Assembly (NCBI RefSeq): GCF_006345805.1
Contig: NC_043006.1
Location: 73,780,001 to 73,844,000 of the forward strand
DNA length: 64,000 nucleotides
Direction of reading: 5' to 3'
DNA from: Octopus sinensis
Taxonomy: Eukaryota
The notes below the pieces were generated by a model. That model saw only the letters and a program-made list of their open reading frames with translations, was not told where the DNA came from and searched no databases. This document shows positions 63,841 to 64,000 of the stretch, piece after piece. Within the stretch, counting starts at the first letter, position 1, and the number at the start of each line of letters is the position of its first letter. Both the position numbers and the translations under genes were made by a program.

Positions 63841-64000
63841 CATGTTTACGGAATTTTGGCAGTATTTAATTAATGTAGACATCTAACGGTCATTGGCCAG
63901 CTACTGCAGGTTTTTTTCCTGAGATAGCTTATCTTATGGGCGTCCATAACATATATCACAAGACAAATCCCTCAGTAAGTGGCCTATGAGCGTGTCTATA

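Overview
AT-rich metazoan DNA saturated with microsatellites and transposon relics. The SINE families and repeat content look like an Octopus genome; this is recalled resemblance, not a database result. No host protein-coding gene, rRNA, true tRNA or CRISPR array can be supported, and nearly all listed ORFs are microsatellite translations. Supported content: decayed mariner/Tc1 transposons; CR1/L2-, RTE- and Tx1-type LINE fragments; several tRNA-derived SINE families; a Helentron-type non-autonomous element; a Penelope-like element (PLE, ~58.4-62.7 kb) interrupted by a non-coding LTR element with a tRNA-Trp primer site and 4-bp TSD; and a 100-N gap. The least explained signal has three parts. 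(i) About 8 minimal type-I hammerhead-ribozyme-like motifs, four of them as opposite-strand pairs inside two large inverted repeats; one pair has a compensatory U3-A8 core. (ii) Three small non-coding elements with terminal redundancy. (iii) At least seven fold-back inverted duplications. Two copies of one Tx1-like family both sit inside (TATC)n arrays, suggesting microsatellite targeting. Boundaries of decayed elements are approximate, read by eye.
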